Origin: Elusimicrobiota bacterium
Lineage (GTDB): Bacteria > Elusimicrobiota > Elusimicrobia > UBA1565
Direction of reading: 5' to 3'
Assembly: GCA_043827405.1 (NCBI GenBank)
Contig: JBDRPD010000066.1
Coordinates: forward strand, 1-64,000
Length of the DNA stretch: 64,000 nt
The position numbers and the translations under genes were made by a program. The notes beneath the pieces were generated by a model. The model saw only the letters and a list, made by a program, of their open reading frames with translations, ran no database searches and was not told the DNA's origin. Shown here one piece after another: positions 18,190 to 28,678 of the stretch. Numbering within the stretch: the stretch's first letter is position 1; each line of letters starts with the position of its first letter.

Positions 18190-19578
18190 ATGGCAATCGA
18201 CTTTACGCTAACGCGAGAGCAGAAGGAACTCCAACGCACCGCACGGAAGTTCGCCCAAGAGGTGCTTCAGCCGGTGGTCAAAAAGGCCGACGCCTGCCGC
18301 GATCCTTTCGAGGCGTTCTGCATGACCAAAGAGGTCTATAAGAAATCCTATGAGCTGGGTCTTGCGTTCGGGTTTGTGCCCAAAAAGTATGGCGGGCTCG
18401 GCGCCTCGAATGTGGACCTGCAGATCGCGTGCGAAGAGATCTGTACGGTCGACCCAGGATTCGGCTGCACGCTCCTGGTCAACGGTTTAGGGCTTTTTCC
18501 GCTCATCTGGTGGGGCAGCGAAAAACAGAAGAAAAAGTGGCTGACCAAGGCCACGTCGGATCCGAACAAGGAATTCATCGTCGGCTGGGTGGTGAGCGAG
18601 CCGGACGGCACCGCGGGTTTCGATCATCCAGGGAAGCACCCCTGCGGCATGCAGACCACGGCGGACTACGACAAGCGGACTCAGGAATGGGTCATCAACG
18701 GACGGAAGATGTGGAATACCAACGCCAACGGCTGGGATAACAAGGGCGCGGACATCAACGTCGTGGTATGCCGTACCGACCGCGACAAGGGCGGCAAAGA
18801 GGGCCTTTCGGCCATCATCGTGCCGCGCGGCACTCCGGGCTTTACGGTGGAGGAGTCCTTGGATAAGCTCGGACACCGTCTCACCGTTCAGCCGCGTCTG
18901 CGGTTCGAGGACTGCCGGGTGCCGGCCGAGAACCTCATCGAAGGAACTCGCGGCAACGGCGACATGGCCATCACCAAGGCCTTTACCTGGTCCGGTCCCG
19001 TGGCGGGGATCGCGGCGGTCGGCGTCATGCGTGCGGCATTCGAGTTCGCCTTGGAATGGTCCAAGAACTTCACGGCCGGCGGTGAGCATCCCATCATCCA
19101 CCATCAGAACGCGGGATACATGCTCTCCAATATGAAGATGCGCATCGAGGCGGTGCGTTACCTTTCGTGGCGTGCGGCGCACTATCTGGATGCTCACGGC
19201 TACGAGGGCATGGAAGCCGGCGCCCTGTCTAAAATCTACGGCGGGGAAGTGTGCGTGGACGTTGTCAACGACGCCATGCGTCTGGTGGGGATTAACAGCT
19301 ATATCAAGGACTATCCGCTCGAGAAGCACATGCGCGATGCGTTGTGCTTCCCGATCTACGACGCGGGAAATATGGGGATGCAGCGTCGGCGGCTGCATGG
19401 GATTATCGGCGATGCGGACTACAACCCCATGGCGCTCGCCGAGAACCTGCGCCAGGAGTTCGTTAAGAAGCGGATGCACGGTTGGGACTCGGACCCCGGA
19501 CACAAGGTCGACGGCGACAAAGCCTCTCGCGAGCGCCATGTGAGGAAGCCCCGCCGGCGGGTTCCCGCGGAGGCTTGA
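18190..19578 (+). CDS. Acyl-CoA dehydrogenase-family flavoprotein, nitroalkane oxidase-like
   Basis: SEPDGTA, GWDNKGAD, AFTWSG and CFPIYDAGNMGMQRRR (Asp at the catalytic base position); strong GAGGAG RBS. Confidence 0.8.
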   Translation: MAIDFTLTREQKELQRTARKFAQEVLQPVVKKADACRDPFEAFCMTKEVYKKSYELGLAFGFVPKKYGGLGASNVDLQIACEEICTVDPGFGCTLLVNGLGLFPLIWWGSEKQKKKWLTKATSDPNKEFIVGWVVSEPDGTAGFDHPGKHPCGMQTTADYDKRTQEWVINGRKMWNTNANGWDNKGADINVVVCRTDRDKGGKEGLSAIIVPRGTPGFTVEESLDKLGHRLTVQPRLRFEDCRVPAENLIEGTRGNGDMAITKAFTWSGPVAGIAAVGVMRAAFEFALEWSKNFTAGGEHPIIHHQNAGYMLSNMKMRIEAVRYLSWRAAHYLDAHGYEGMEAGALSKIYGGEVCVDVVNDAMRLVGINSYIKDYPLEKHMRDALCFPIYDAGNMGMQRRRLHGIIGDADYNPMALAENLRQEFVKKRMHGWDSDPGHKVDGDKASRERHVRKPRRRVPAEA

Positions 19579-19588
19579 GCGCTCGCAC

Positions 19589-20353
19589 ATGAGACTCGTC
19601 GTCTGCGCTAAGCAGGTCCCGGAGACCTCCGCGGTTCTTAAGGTGTCCGCGGGCGCGCTCGATCCGCAGCCGGGAGGCTTTCTCCCGGCGATGAATCCGT
19701 ACGACGAGTTCGCGCTGGAGGCGGCGCTGCGCCTGCGTGAGGGAACGGGGTCCGGCGAGATCGTGCTGCTGACCGCCACGAGCGAACCCGTGGAAGAGAT
19801 GATCTTCCACGGGCTCGCCATGGGGGCGGATCGGGCGGTGGTCCTGGATATGCCGCCGGGCAGGCGCCCCGATCCTCTGGCGACGGGCAGACTGCTGGCG
19901 CGGGAGCTGCGGGAGCTGCGGCCGGATATCGTATTGTGCGGGGAGCGCGCAGTGGATGATGACGCGGCCCAAGTGGGCGCGGTGATCGCCGAGGAGCTGT
20001 CCTTTCCTCAGATAGCCGGCGTGGAGAGCGTTGAGCTCAACGCGGCGATGAGCGCGCTGCGCGCGCGCAGCCGCCGCGGGCCGGCGCTTCAGGTCTACGC
20101 TTGTCCTCTCCCCTGCGTCCTGACCTTCGCGCGGGGTCCGGAGCTGCCGCGCTATCCTTCTTTGGAAGCCATCCAGTCGGCTGCGGAGAAGCGTGTGGAG
20201 CGCCGTTTCTGTGATCCGGGCGAGAACGTCGTTGAACGGGTGGAACTTTTCGCCGCGGACGAAGAGCGCGGCGGAGAACTGATAAGAGGCGCAGCCGAAA
20301 AGGCGGTTGAGCTTTTGTTGGACCGGATAGATTCGCGTACCGACGTCTTATGA
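19589..20353 (+). CDS. fixA: Electron transfer flavoprotein beta subunit (FixA/EtfB)
   Basis: VCAKQVP, MNPYDEFALE, GLAMGADRA, PRYPSL. Confidence 0.9.
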   Translation: MRLVVCAKQVPETSAVLKVSAGALDPQPGGFLPAMNPYDEFALEAALRLREGTGSGEIVLLTATSEPVEEMIFHGLAMGADRAVVLDMPPGRRPDPLATGRLLARELRELRPDIVLCGERAVDDDAAQVGAVIAEELSFPQIAGVESVELNAAMSALRARSRRGPALQVYACPLPCVLTFARGPELPRYPSLEAIQSAAEKRVERRFCDPGENVVERVELFAADEERGGELIRGAAEKAVELLLDRIDSRTDVL

Positions 20354-21369
20354 AAACCTCTACGCGACGTCGTCCCCAGGCCGGACCTGTCCTGGTCATC
20401 GTGGAGCGGCGAGGAGGCTCGGTCGCTAAAGCGTCTCTGGAGGCGCTGGGCCAGGCCGCGCTGCTGGCGCAGAAGACCGGCTCGCTGGTTTGGGCCGTGG
20501 ATTTCGGCGCCCCGTCGAAGTCGGTCGCCGGATGTCTGGGCGGCTACGGGGCGCGGCGAATCAGCTGCTGCGACTACGATGAGGTCTTCACCCGGGGTGC
20601 GTCCGTATTCGTGCGCGTTATGGAAAGCGTCGTTCGCCGCATCAAGCCCTATGCGGTGGTGATGGCGGCGACCCATTGGGGCCAGGAACGGTGCGCACGT
20701 CTGGCCGCCGCGTTGGGGAAGGGCTTGGCCTCTTCGGCCGTCGCCTGGGATTGGACGCCGGGCGGTATGCGGGCGGTGCGGGCCGTATACGGCGGACGCT
20801 TGAGCGAGCAGATCGCCTTCACGGGAGACGAGCCCTATCTCCTTACTTTGCGTCCGAACCTTTTTCCGCCTATCCGCGATGCGGCTGCCCGTGCCCCCCA
20901 GACGGAAACCCTGACCTTGCCGAAGTATGACGCTGCGGCCGCCACGCTGTTGGAGGCCGTGGCGGACGCCGCGCGTGAGACGCCGTTGGCGGAGGCCGAG
21001 GTGGTCGTCACCGGCGGCGGCGGAATGGGAGGGCCCGAGAACTTCGGGATATTGTACGAGCTTGCGAATGCCCTGGGCGGCGTGGTCGGGGCTTCGCGGG
21101 CCGCCGTGGACGCGGGCTGGATGCCTTTGGAGCGGCAGGTGGGGCAGACCGGAACCGTGGTGGCGCCCAAGCTCTACGTGGCCTGCGGCGTGTCGGGCGC
21201 GGTGCAGCACCGGGCGGGAATACGCAAGGCCCGTTTTATCACGGCGATCAACAATGATCCCGCCGCGCCTATATTCCGCTACGCGGACTCGGGCATCGTC
21301 GGCGACCTTTTTGAGGTCGTGCCGCTCCTGACCCGGGCGGTGAGTCGGCGCCGCAGCGAGGTCGTATGA
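20350..21369 (+). CDS. fixB: Electron transfer flavoprotein alpha subunit (FixB/EtfA)
   Basis: GASRAAVDAGW, QVGQTG..VAPKLYVACGVSGAVQH. Confidence 0.92.
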   Translation: MKTSTRRRPQAGPVLVIVERRGGSVAKASLEALGQAALLAQKTGSLVWAVDFGAPSKSVAGCLGGYGARRISCCDYDEVFTRGASVFVRVMESVVRRIKPYAVVMAATHWGQERCARLAAALGKGLASSAVAWDWTPGGMRAVRAVYGGRLSEQIAFTGDEPYLLTLRPNLFPPIRDAAARAPQTETLTLPKYDAAAATLLEAVADAARETPLAEAEVVVTGGGGMGGPENFGILYELANALGGVVGASRAAVDAGWMPLERQVGQTGTVVAPKLYVACGVSGAVQHRAGIRKARFITAINNDPAAPIFRYADSGIVGDLFEVVPLLTRAVSRRRSEVV

Positions 21370-22787
21370 GCCGAACATACGACGTCATCGTGGTGGGCGC
21401 GGGCCTGGCGGGCTGCACGGCGGCGATCACGGCCGCACGCGCGGGCCGTTCGGTCGCGCTGATCGAACGCGGGCGGAGGCCGGGTTCCAAGAACGTTATC
21501 GGCGGCATTCTCTATACGCCGGTCCTCGACGAGCTGCTGCCTGATTTCTCCAAGACGGCTCCCGTGGAAAGACATATCATCTCACGCACATTCGGGTTCC
21601 TGACCGAGACCACCCAGGCGTCCTTCGAATTGCGCTCAGAGGAATTCGCCCGCGGCCCGTACTACAACAAAAGCTATACGGTCAAACGCACCTCTTTCGA
21701 TCCGTGGCTGGTGGAGCAGGCGAAAAAGGACGGCGCCGTACTGATCCCCGCGACGGTGGTGGAGTCCCTGCTCCATGATCGGGACAACCCGAACGCTCCG
21801 GTAACGGGCGTTCGCTGCGGGCGCAAGGGAGGCGAGCTGTACGGCTCCGTCGTCATATTGGCCGAGGGAGCCAATCCTTTACTCGCCGAGGCGGAGGACC
21901 TTCGTCCTCGAACGCGGCCCGAACAGACCATGCTCGGGGTCAAGGAATTGCTGCATCTGGATCGTGCGGCAATCGAAGATCGTTTCTCCGTCGAAGGCGG
22001 GTCGGGTCGGGCCTATGAGTTTTTCGGTGATCCGGTATTGGGGGGGTTCGGATCGGGCTTTATCTATACGAACACGGAATCCGTTTCGGTCGGAATCGCC
22101 GCCTCGGCCGCTCATCTGGCCAAACTCAAGGTGTCCCCGCATGAGTTGCTCGACCGCTTCAAAGCCCATCCCTGCATCCGGCCGCTCCTGCGCGGGGCCG
22201 CGCCGGTCGAATACTGCGCGCATATGCTTCCCATCGGGACAATGCGCGACATGCCGCAGCTGGTCAAGGACGGGCTCATCCTGGCGGGAGACGCCGCCAG
22301 GCTCGCCAATATGTCCCACTATAAAGAGCTCACTAACCTGGTGACCGCTTCGGGCGCAGCCGCGGGAGAGACGGCGGTGGAAGCTTTGGCCAAGGGCGAC
22401 CTTAGCGCGGAAGGTCTTAAGGGCTACGCGCATCGCCTGAAGTCCGGATTCGTGTTCAGCGACATAGAGAAATATGAGGGAGTCGCCGAACTTATTGAAC
22501 GATCTCCCGATATTCTCAAACGATATCCGCCGCTCATGGTTGAGGCGTTTATCGAGCACTTTAGGATATCGAAACAGCCCAAACGGGTCGTGGAGCGCGA
22601 GATTCTTCGCCGGTGGAACAAGTCCGTGAAGCCGGTGGAGCTTCGCCGTCACGCTTTGGCTGTCGTCGAAGCTTGCGGTATCTCGCTTGCTCCGCTCGCC
22701 AGAAAGATGCTCTTACCTGCGCTCAAGCCGGATTGGGGCTGGCTGGAGACGCTCAAGGCTAAGCTATCGCGCAGGAGAGAGCACTGA
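21366..22787 (+). CDS. fixC: FixC-type FAD-dependent ETF oxidoreductase
   Basis: VVGAGLAG, ERG..PGSKN..GG, GFIYTN, GDAA. Confidence 0.88.
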   Translation: MSRTYDVIVVGAGLAGCTAAITAARAGRSVALIERGRRPGSKNVIGGILYTPVLDELLPDFSKTAPVERHIISRTFGFLTETTQASFELRSEEFARGPYYNKSYTVKRTSFDPWLVEQAKKDGAVLIPATVVESLLHDRDNPNAPVTGVRCGRKGGELYGSVVILAEGANPLLAEAEDLRPRTRPEQTMLGVKELLHLDRAAIEDRFSVEGGSGRAYEFFGDPVLGGFGSGFIYTNTESVSVGIAASAAHLAKLKVSPHELLDRFKAHPCIRPLLRGAAPVEYCAHMLPIGTMRDMPQLVKDGLILAGDAARLANMSHYKELTNLVTASGAAAGETAVEALAKGDLSAEGLKGYAHRLKSGFVFSDIEKYEGVAELIERSPDILKRYPPLMVEAFIEHFRISKQPKRVVEREILRRWNKSVKPVELRRHALAVVEACGISLAPLARKMLLPALKPDWGWLETLKAKLSRRREH

Positions 22788-23080
22788 TGGATTTTACCCC
22801 CGAGCCGCTGGATGAAAAGCTCGCGCGCGTGACCTTCGTCCGGGACGCTGAACCCCACATCGTCCTGGATGCGGAGCGCTGCCGGAGATGCCGCATCGAG
22901 CGGCCGTGCATCCACTCCTGTCCGGCCGGTAACTATAAGTACGACGGGAAGTCCGGCCAGGTTTCGGTCTCGACCGAGAGCTGCATGGAATGCGGAACCT
23001 GCCGCGTGGTCTGCACCGAGGGCGCCGTGGATTGGAAATGGCCCCGGGGCGGGTTCGGAGTCTGCTATCTCCACGGGTAG
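22787..23080 (+). CDS. fixX: FixX ferredoxin
   Basis: PHI, CPAG.Y, CMECGTCRVVC, W..PRGGFGV. Confidence 0.92.
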   Translation: MDFTPEPLDEKLARVTFVRDAEPHIVLDAERCRRCRIERPCIHSCPAGNYKYDGKSGQVSVSTESCMECGTCRVVCTEGAVDWKWPRGGFGVCYLHG

Positions 23081-23115
23081 CTGCAGCGTCCGCCGTTCTC
23101 TCCCGACGGTAAAAA

Positions 23116-24489
23116 CTATTTCAGCAGCGCTTCGACCTCGTCGGCGAAGGTCGCGGCCATGGTCCGGTAGCCGGCCGTATTGCAGTGGCAGTCGTCGTCC
23201 GAGATGTACTCGCCGCGGCTCTTGTACTCCCGCTTGAAGACCGGGCGGAAATCAATATAGCGCGCGCCTTGCGCGCGCGCCGTCTCGCTGACCTCGTCGT
23301 GGGCATTGTCCGGATAGGAGGCGAAGATCACTTCGGCGTCGTATTCCCGCGCCAGGGAGATGATGCGGCGGATATCGGCGCGGAAGCTGTCGCTGATCAG
23401 ACGCGCCACGCCGGTTTCGCCCCGCGTCTCGTGCAGCCGCTTCAAGTAGCGGTGCAGCGGGTTATGCGCGACCTCGGGCGCCTCGCGCTCGACCGCGAGC
23501 GCTTTCCATACGTCGTTGCGTTCGTGGTATGTTCGCGCCATCGCCTGGTAGATGCGCTTCGACAGCGGAAACTCGGTCAGCCCCCGCCGCCAGGTTCGTA
23601 CTGCGTTTTCCGCGCTGCCGCTGCGGACATAGGCCCAGCCCAGCTCGAAGTAGGCGTTCTCCTTTTCCGGCGAGGGATTCGTCCCGATGCCTTTCTCCAA
23701 TACCGCGATCGCCTCCCGGTAGCGGTTATGGCGCAGATGGCAGGCGCCCAGGCCGGTATAGCCGAGCACGATGTCCGGATGCCGATCTATCAGCTTTTGG
23801 TAGAGGACGGCGGCTTCGTCGTATTTGCCGGCCTGCTCCAGGGCCTTGGCTTGCGTAAAGAGTACGCGGTTTACCGGCGGCAGCTTGGCGTAATCGCCGT
23901 CCTCCCGGTCATCATCGTCGTCCGGATGCGGCAGCCCGATCGCTTCCTCATTTTCTATCGCGTACAGCGCGATCTTCTCCACGTCGTTCGGGTCGGGCGC
24001 CGCGTTGTGGAAAGTCCTGTGCGACCAGCCGATGGCCATCACCTTGATGAATTTGTAGACGCGCGAGCGCAGGAGCAGGCGGTCGAGCGCCAGTTTCCCG
24101 CCGGCGGTTTCCGCCGGCGCGCTGAGGCGGATCGAGTTCCAGGAATTGTTCTCGCCCGCCAGCACGATGACCACCGCCGGCCGGTATCGGCGCAGGTGCC
24201 CTTCCAGACGGTCGGCCAGAAGCGCCGTATTGAGTCCGGGGATGCCTTTATTGACCGCATGGTAGATGCGTCCGCCGGCGCGGTCGTTGAGGATCTTCTC
24301 CAACTGCTGCGGGAAGGACTCGCCGCCGATCCCGTAGGTGAAGGAATCCCCTTCGCAGAGAATGGTGCGGCGGGCGCCCGCGACGCCTTGCGCGGGGCCG
24401 AGGAACAGCCCCAGCACGCGAAAGCCCGCCTCGAAGAGAACCAAGGTCGTCAGTATGCCGGCGCCCAGCCATAGGACTTTTCGCTTCAT
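23116..24489 (-). CDS. SGNH/GDSL hydrolase with inserted TPR domain
   Basis: GDSFTYG, NKGIPG, GENN, C-terminal DDCHCN; central TPRs; start ATG 24489. Confidence 0.8.
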   Translation of the reverse strand: MKRKVLWLGAGILTTLVLFEAGFRVLGLFLGPAQGVAGARRTILCEGDSFTYGIGGESFPQQLEKILNDRAGGRIYHAVNKGIPGLNTALLADRLEGHLRRYRPAVVIVLAGENNSWNSIRLSAPAETAGGKLALDRLLLRSRVYKFIKVMAIGWSHRTFHNAAPDPNDVEKIALYAIENEEAIGLPHPDDDDDREDGDYAKLPPVNRVLFTQAKALEQAGKYDEAAVLYQKLIDRHPDIVLGYTGLGACHLRHNRYREAIAVLEKGIGTNPSPEKENAYFELGWAYVRSGSAENAVRTWRRGLTEFPLSKRIYQAMARTYHERNDVWKALAVEREAPEVAHNPLHRYLKRLHETRGETGVARLISDSFRADIRRIISLAREYDAEVIFASYPDNAHDEVSETARAQGARYIDFRPVFKREYKSRGEYISDDDCHCNTAGYRTMAATFADEVEALLK

Positions 24490-26108
24490 AAGCCGTACAC
24501 CTTCCGCCAGCGCATGATGACCGGATCCTCGCGCCAGTTGGGGATGCGTTCGAGCTCGGAGCGTCCCGCGTCGGTGCGGCCGGATCCGAGCAGGGCCAGC
24601 GCCTTGTGCAGGCGCGCTTTGTGCAGGTCCGGGGCAAGCCGCAGCGCCTCGTCGAAGAAGGCCGCGGCCCGTTCCGGCCGGCCGCCTCGCCGGTGGACTT
24701 CGCCGACATGCGCCAGCATGGCGGGCCACCAGCGGTCGAGCTTGGCGCGATCGCCCGCGAACCAGATATTGCCGGAAAGCTCGCGCTCCAGCCATGACCG
24801 CATGCGGCCGGTATCGGAAACGGCTTCGGGGATGGACAGGTGAACGGTCTCCAGCAGCGCCAGCACCCGTTCGGAGAACAGGTGCCGGCTGTCCCGCAGC
24901 GGCTCCCACATGCGGACGCGAAACACATGCCAGGACCTGGCGGCGGTAATCCTGGCGGCGCGCGCGGAGCGGCGTATGGCGGCGCTTTGCGCCGGCGGCA
25001 GCGCCGCCTCCCATTTATGTTCCCGCGCCAGCGCTTCGACGATGGTCACGGTGGCCAGGGGATCGAAGGCGCGGTCCCAATGGACGTCGTCTTCGAATAG
25101 TTCCCGCCCCGGCAGGCCCTGCGGCGCCGCGTCAGCGAAGGCTTTTTCCAGATCGGCCAGCGGGGCGCCCTCTTCGGCCGCTACCTGCCGTACCGCGTCG
25201 TTTAGCAGCGGCAGGGGGCGGTGATTGTTCTGCGCCGCGAGGTAGAAGGTGCGCGCTTGCTCGATATCGCCCAGCCGGTCCAGGCTGCGGGCGAGGTAAT
25301 AATTCGCCAGGCCGTCGCCCTCGAAAGTGCGGACGTCTCCGTCGGCGTCCAGATAGCGGCGGAACCCCGCCGCCGCCGCTTTGAGTTCGCCCCGCTCCCA
25401 GTGCGTCCAGGCGGTGAAAAACGGTTCCGCCTCCAGCGGCAGGACGCCGCGCGGCGGCATATCGCGCAGGGCGACGGGCAAGGTCGTCAGCAGGAGCGGG
25501 ACGCTGCGCGCCCGTGCCTTATGCACCATCGCCCGCAGCGTTCTCGCGAAGGCGGCGCGGTCGCGCAGCCGGTCAACGCGGCGGCCCGCGGCTCTCGCTA
25601 CCCAGCGTTCGCAGGCGCCGCGCAGCGGGCGCATGCGGCACAGGCGCGCCTGCGTACGCGACAGCAACGGGCGGCCGCTTTCGTTGGCGCCGCTCATGAC
25701 GATGACAAGATCGGGCGCGTAGTCCAGTATCTCGTTGAGCACGAGCCCGGCCCGGGCGGCGTCGTAGGCCGACATGCCGCAGTTGATGACTTCAATCTTC
25801 TTGCCGGGCAAGGCCGCAGTCAGGGCTTCCCGCAGGCTGGGGCGCGCATCGCCGATGTCATAGAGCTGGGCGACGGAACCGCCGACGATGAAGACCCGAA
25901 AGATGTCCGCCGGCTTGACGGCGGCGAAGCGCTGCGGCTCGCGGCCCAGCGGCCGGCGGGTAGAGTATTCTGTGGTGCCGACGAAAAACGGGCGATGGAC
26001 GTCCAGATAAAAATAGGCGAAGCCGTCGGCGTCCGTGCCGGACGGAGCGCCGCAGCCGGCATGGAAAAGCAGGGCTCCGAGCAGGAGAAAACGCAAAGGT
26101 ATCTTCAT
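24486..26108 (-). CDS. SGNH-like hydrolase + TPR lipoprotein
   Basis: HAGC lipobox, VGGSVA, INCG, GANE, FEDDVH; TPRs. Confidence 0.75.
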   Translation of the reverse strand: MKIPLRFLLLGALLFHAGCGAPSGTDADGFAYFYLDVHRPFFVGTTEYSTRRPLGREPQRFAAVKPADIFRVFIVGGSVAQLYDIGDARPSLREALTAALPGKKIEVINCGMSAYDAARAGLVLNEILDYAPDLVIVMSGANESGRPLLSRTQARLCRMRPLRGACERWVARAAGRRVDRLRDRAAFARTLRAMVHKARARSVPLLLTTLPVALRDMPPRGVLPLEAEPFFTAWTHWERGELKAAAAGFRRYLDADGDVRTFEGDGLANYYLARSLDRLGDIEQARTFYLAAQNNHRPLPLLNDAVRQVAAEEGAPLADLEKAFADAAPQGLPGRELFEDDVHWDRAFDPLATVTIVEALAREHKWEAALPPAQSAAIRRSARAARITAARSWHVFRVRMWEPLRDSRHLFSERVLALLETVHLSIPEAVSDTGRMRSWLERELSGNIWFAGDRAKLDRWWPAMLAHVGEVHRRGGRPERAAAFFDEALRLAPDLHKARLHKALALLGSGRTDAGRSELERIPNWREDPVIMRWRKVYGL

Positions 26109-26195
26109 CTGGAGGACATGGACCGTAGCTATTCTAGCGAATTTGCGCCTGCCGGCCGACGGCGACGTCCGCTATCTTCTATACTAAGCAGCAGT

Positions 26196-27845
26196 ATGAA
26201 GAAAGAAGAGCTGTTTAGCAATATCGCCGATCAGTTTGCGCCGGAGTATAGCCTGGCGGGGCTGGTGGACAACCGCAACAACCGGCATGTTGAAGCGGAT
26301 CTGGACGCGCGTGCCCTGGGCGAACAGTGGCGCGCCGCTCTCGGCGAAGAGGCCAAGGGGAAAAGAAAGCGCAGCGATCTGCACTGCTATGTGCAGATCC
26401 CCTTCTGCGGCTACCGCTGCTCCTTTTGCTTTTTTTACTCCCGCGTGGCGAAGACTAAAAGCGAAATCAGCGGCTATTTGCGGTACCTGCTCGAGGAACT
26501 GGCCTTTTTTTCTCCTTTTTTTCGCGGCCGCAGCATGCAGACGCTGCATATCGGCGGCGGTACGCCCAGCTTGCTCAGCCGGCCTCAGTTGGACCGCTTT
26601 CTCGGCCGGTTGTTCTCTCTCTATGTCTTTGACAAGGACGGTGAGAAGGCTATTGAGTGTACGCCGGACAGTATTGAGCCGGATCAGCTGAACGTGCTGG
26701 CGAAGCACGGCATTAACCGCATCAGCATGGGAGTGCAGTCGATTGTCCCGGAAATCCTCGCCCGCGAAAACCGCTCGCGGCAGAAGACCTCCGACATCGT
26801 ACGCGCGATTCGCGCGATCCGCGAGTCCGGCCGCTTTATGCTGAACATCGACCTGCTGATCGGCATGCAGGGGGATACGACTGAATCGTTTTTACGCACG
26901 TTTCAGACCGTGGCTGATCTGGAGCCCGAGCAGATCATCGTCTATCGTCTCAATCCGCCGGCTCCCTACCTGCGGGCGCACTATGGCGGGAAGGCGGAGA
27001 GTTTCTATGCGAGTGTGCGTGAGCGCTACCATGACCTGCCGCGAGAGCTTCCGGTCCTCGCCACCCGGCATAGCTACGAGTATGCGACGCCGATGACGCT
27101 GGAGGACCATGCCTGGCATTTTATGCGTCGTCGACGGAAGACCGGGCGGTTTTCGGCATACTATAATGAGCTGACGGAGACGCCGACGTCGGTTTTTGGC
27201 GTGGGGCCCGCGGCACGTTCGCGCATCGCGGGAAGCCTGTATTATTGGCAGCAGACCGGAACCGATCACCGCTTCGATCCTGCGCGTCGTATATTCCGCT
27301 CCCAGGCGCTGAGCCGGCGTGATGAGATGATCAAGTACTTGCTGCTGCATGTGCAAAACGGCCGTACCGTGTCGGGGAGAGAGTTCAAAGACCTGTTCGG
27401 GAAAGGACTGCGGACGGCTTTCGCGCAGGTTAAAGACGGCGCCCGTATCGGACCGGACGACCGGCGGGGCCGGTTCTTGGCGGGACTGCGACTGTTGGAT
27501 GACGCGCGGCTGCGCGACCTTTTTATTGGAGATATGGAGCTGGTTACGCAGCGGGGTGCGCTGCGCCTGCGCATCAAGAAGATGGCGCCGGAAGAGGTCT
27601 TTACGGCGACGGCCGGCAGTTATGGCCTGCAGGTTTTAGGCGATCTGCGCGACTTTATGCCGGACGAGATCGCTTTTAAGCTGGTAAAGCTGCTGGCCGC
27701 CGCTCTGACAAGAGCGGCGGCCGCGAAGCGGAAGGCCGGCGTGCCCGGCATCGCCGCGGCGCTGCGCACGGACATGGACCGGGCGTTTAAACGCCTGCAT
27801 GATCAGGGGCGGTGGCGGGATATTTCCATAAGGAGAAATGAATGA
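26196..27845 (+). CDS. HemN-like (class C) radical SAM protein
   Basis: YVQIPFCGYRCSFC, HIGGGTPS, RISMGVQS, NIDLLIG; start ATG 26196 (the ORF-track N-terminal extension is antisense shadow). Confidence 0.85.
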   Translation: MKKEELFSNIADQFAPEYSLAGLVDNRNNRHVEADLDARALGEQWRAALGEEAKGKRKRSDLHCYVQIPFCGYRCSFCFFYSRVAKTKSEISGYLRYLLEELAFFSPFFRGRSMQTLHIGGGTPSLLSRPQLDRFLGRLFSLYVFDKDGEKAIECTPDSIEPDQLNVLAKHGINRISMGVQSIVPEILARENRSRQKTSDIVRAIRAIRESGRFMLNIDLLIGMQGDTTESFLRTFQTVADLEPEQIIVYRLNPPAPYLRAHYGGKAESFYASVRERYHDLPRELPVLATRHSYEYATPMTLEDHAWHFMRRRRKTGRFSAYYNELTETPTSVFGVGPAARSRIAGSLYYWQQTGTDHRFDPARRIFRSQALSRRDEMIKYLLLHVQNGRTVSGREFKDLFGKGLRTAFAQVKDGARIGPDDRRGRFLAGLRLLDDARLRDLFIGDMELVTQRGALRLRIKKMAPEEVFTATAGSYGLQVLGDLRDFMPDEIAFKLVKLLAAALTRAAAAKRKAGVPGIAAALRTDMDRAFKRLHDQGRWRDISIRRNE

Positions 27846-28678
27846 AGCCTCAGAAAAGAAAAATTTTTATCAGCGCCGATATCGAAGGGATCTCCGGAGT
27901 TTCCGGCAGGCATTTTACGGAAGCCAAGGCCCATGCCTGGGAGCTGGGACGGCGCTATATGGTGGAGGACGTCAACGCCGCCATCCGCGGCGTCCTGCAG
28001 GCCGCACCGGGAAGCGAGATAGTGGTGCGCGACGCGCACGGCGGCAGCGACAATATCGTTCTCGAGAAGCTGCACCCCGGCGTGCGGCTCATCTCCGGCT
28101 GGCCGCATAATATGAATATGCTGGAGGGGCTGGACCGCAGCTTTGACGCCTGCTTCTTCGTCGGCTATCATTCCCGCGGCCTGGTTCCCGGCGGCGTTCT
28201 GGCGCATACATTCAGCGGCCGGCTGCTCGGGGTTTCGATCGGCGGCAGCGATGTCGGCGAAACCGCCATCAACGCTTTTCTCGCCGGCGGCTGCGGCGTT
28301 CCGGTGGTTTTAGTTACGGGCGATGATAAGCTGCGGCGGGAAGCGCGGCCGCTCCTGCCGTGGGCTCGGTTCGTGGTGGTTAAGCGCGGCATCGCCAAGG
28401 AAACCTGCGAGATGCTGCCGCTGGATCGAGCGCGCAGCCACATTGAGAACGAGGCCCGCGAAGCGGTTCTCGGCATCGGCCGCGCCAAGCCCTATCGGCC
28501 GCGGAAAACCGATTTTCGCGTGCGCCTGAGCTTTGAGGATAAGCTGCGGGGGCTGGAGTCGCTCAGCGACTTCACGGTGCGGGTCGAGAAAGGCATTATG
28601 GACGTCGGCATCCGCGGGCGGACGCCGCAGGAAATCTACGACCGGTTCGCGCTGCTAATTCAGCTGGCGCATAGCTGA
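27842..28678 (+). CDS. dppA: D-aminopeptidase DppA (peptidase M55)
   Basis: ISADIEG, DAHG, VGYH, LAHT, GE..IN, VTGD. Confidence 0.9.
   Translation: MKPQKRKIFISADIEGISGVSGRHFTEAKAHAWELGRRYMVEDVNAAIRGVLQAAPGSEIVVRDAHGGSDNIVLEKLHPGVRLISGWPHNMNMLEGLDRSFDACFFVGYHSRGLVPGGVLAHTFSGRLLGVSIGGSDVGETAINAFLAGGCGVPVVLVTGDDKLRREARPLLPWARFVVVKRGIAKETCEMLPLDRARSHIENEAREAVLGIGRAKPYRPRKTDFRVRLSFEDKLRGLESLSDFTVRVEKGIMDVGIRGRTPQEIYDRFALLIQLAHS

Noticed and set aside
19589..21369. Calling the ETF electron-bifurcating
   Set aside because: Diagnostic residues cannot be assigned reliably by eye
25221..26195. N-terminal 325 aa of the 874-aa ORF
   Set aside because: Antisense shadow of the SGNH-TPR gene; the radical SAM gene starts at ATG 26196
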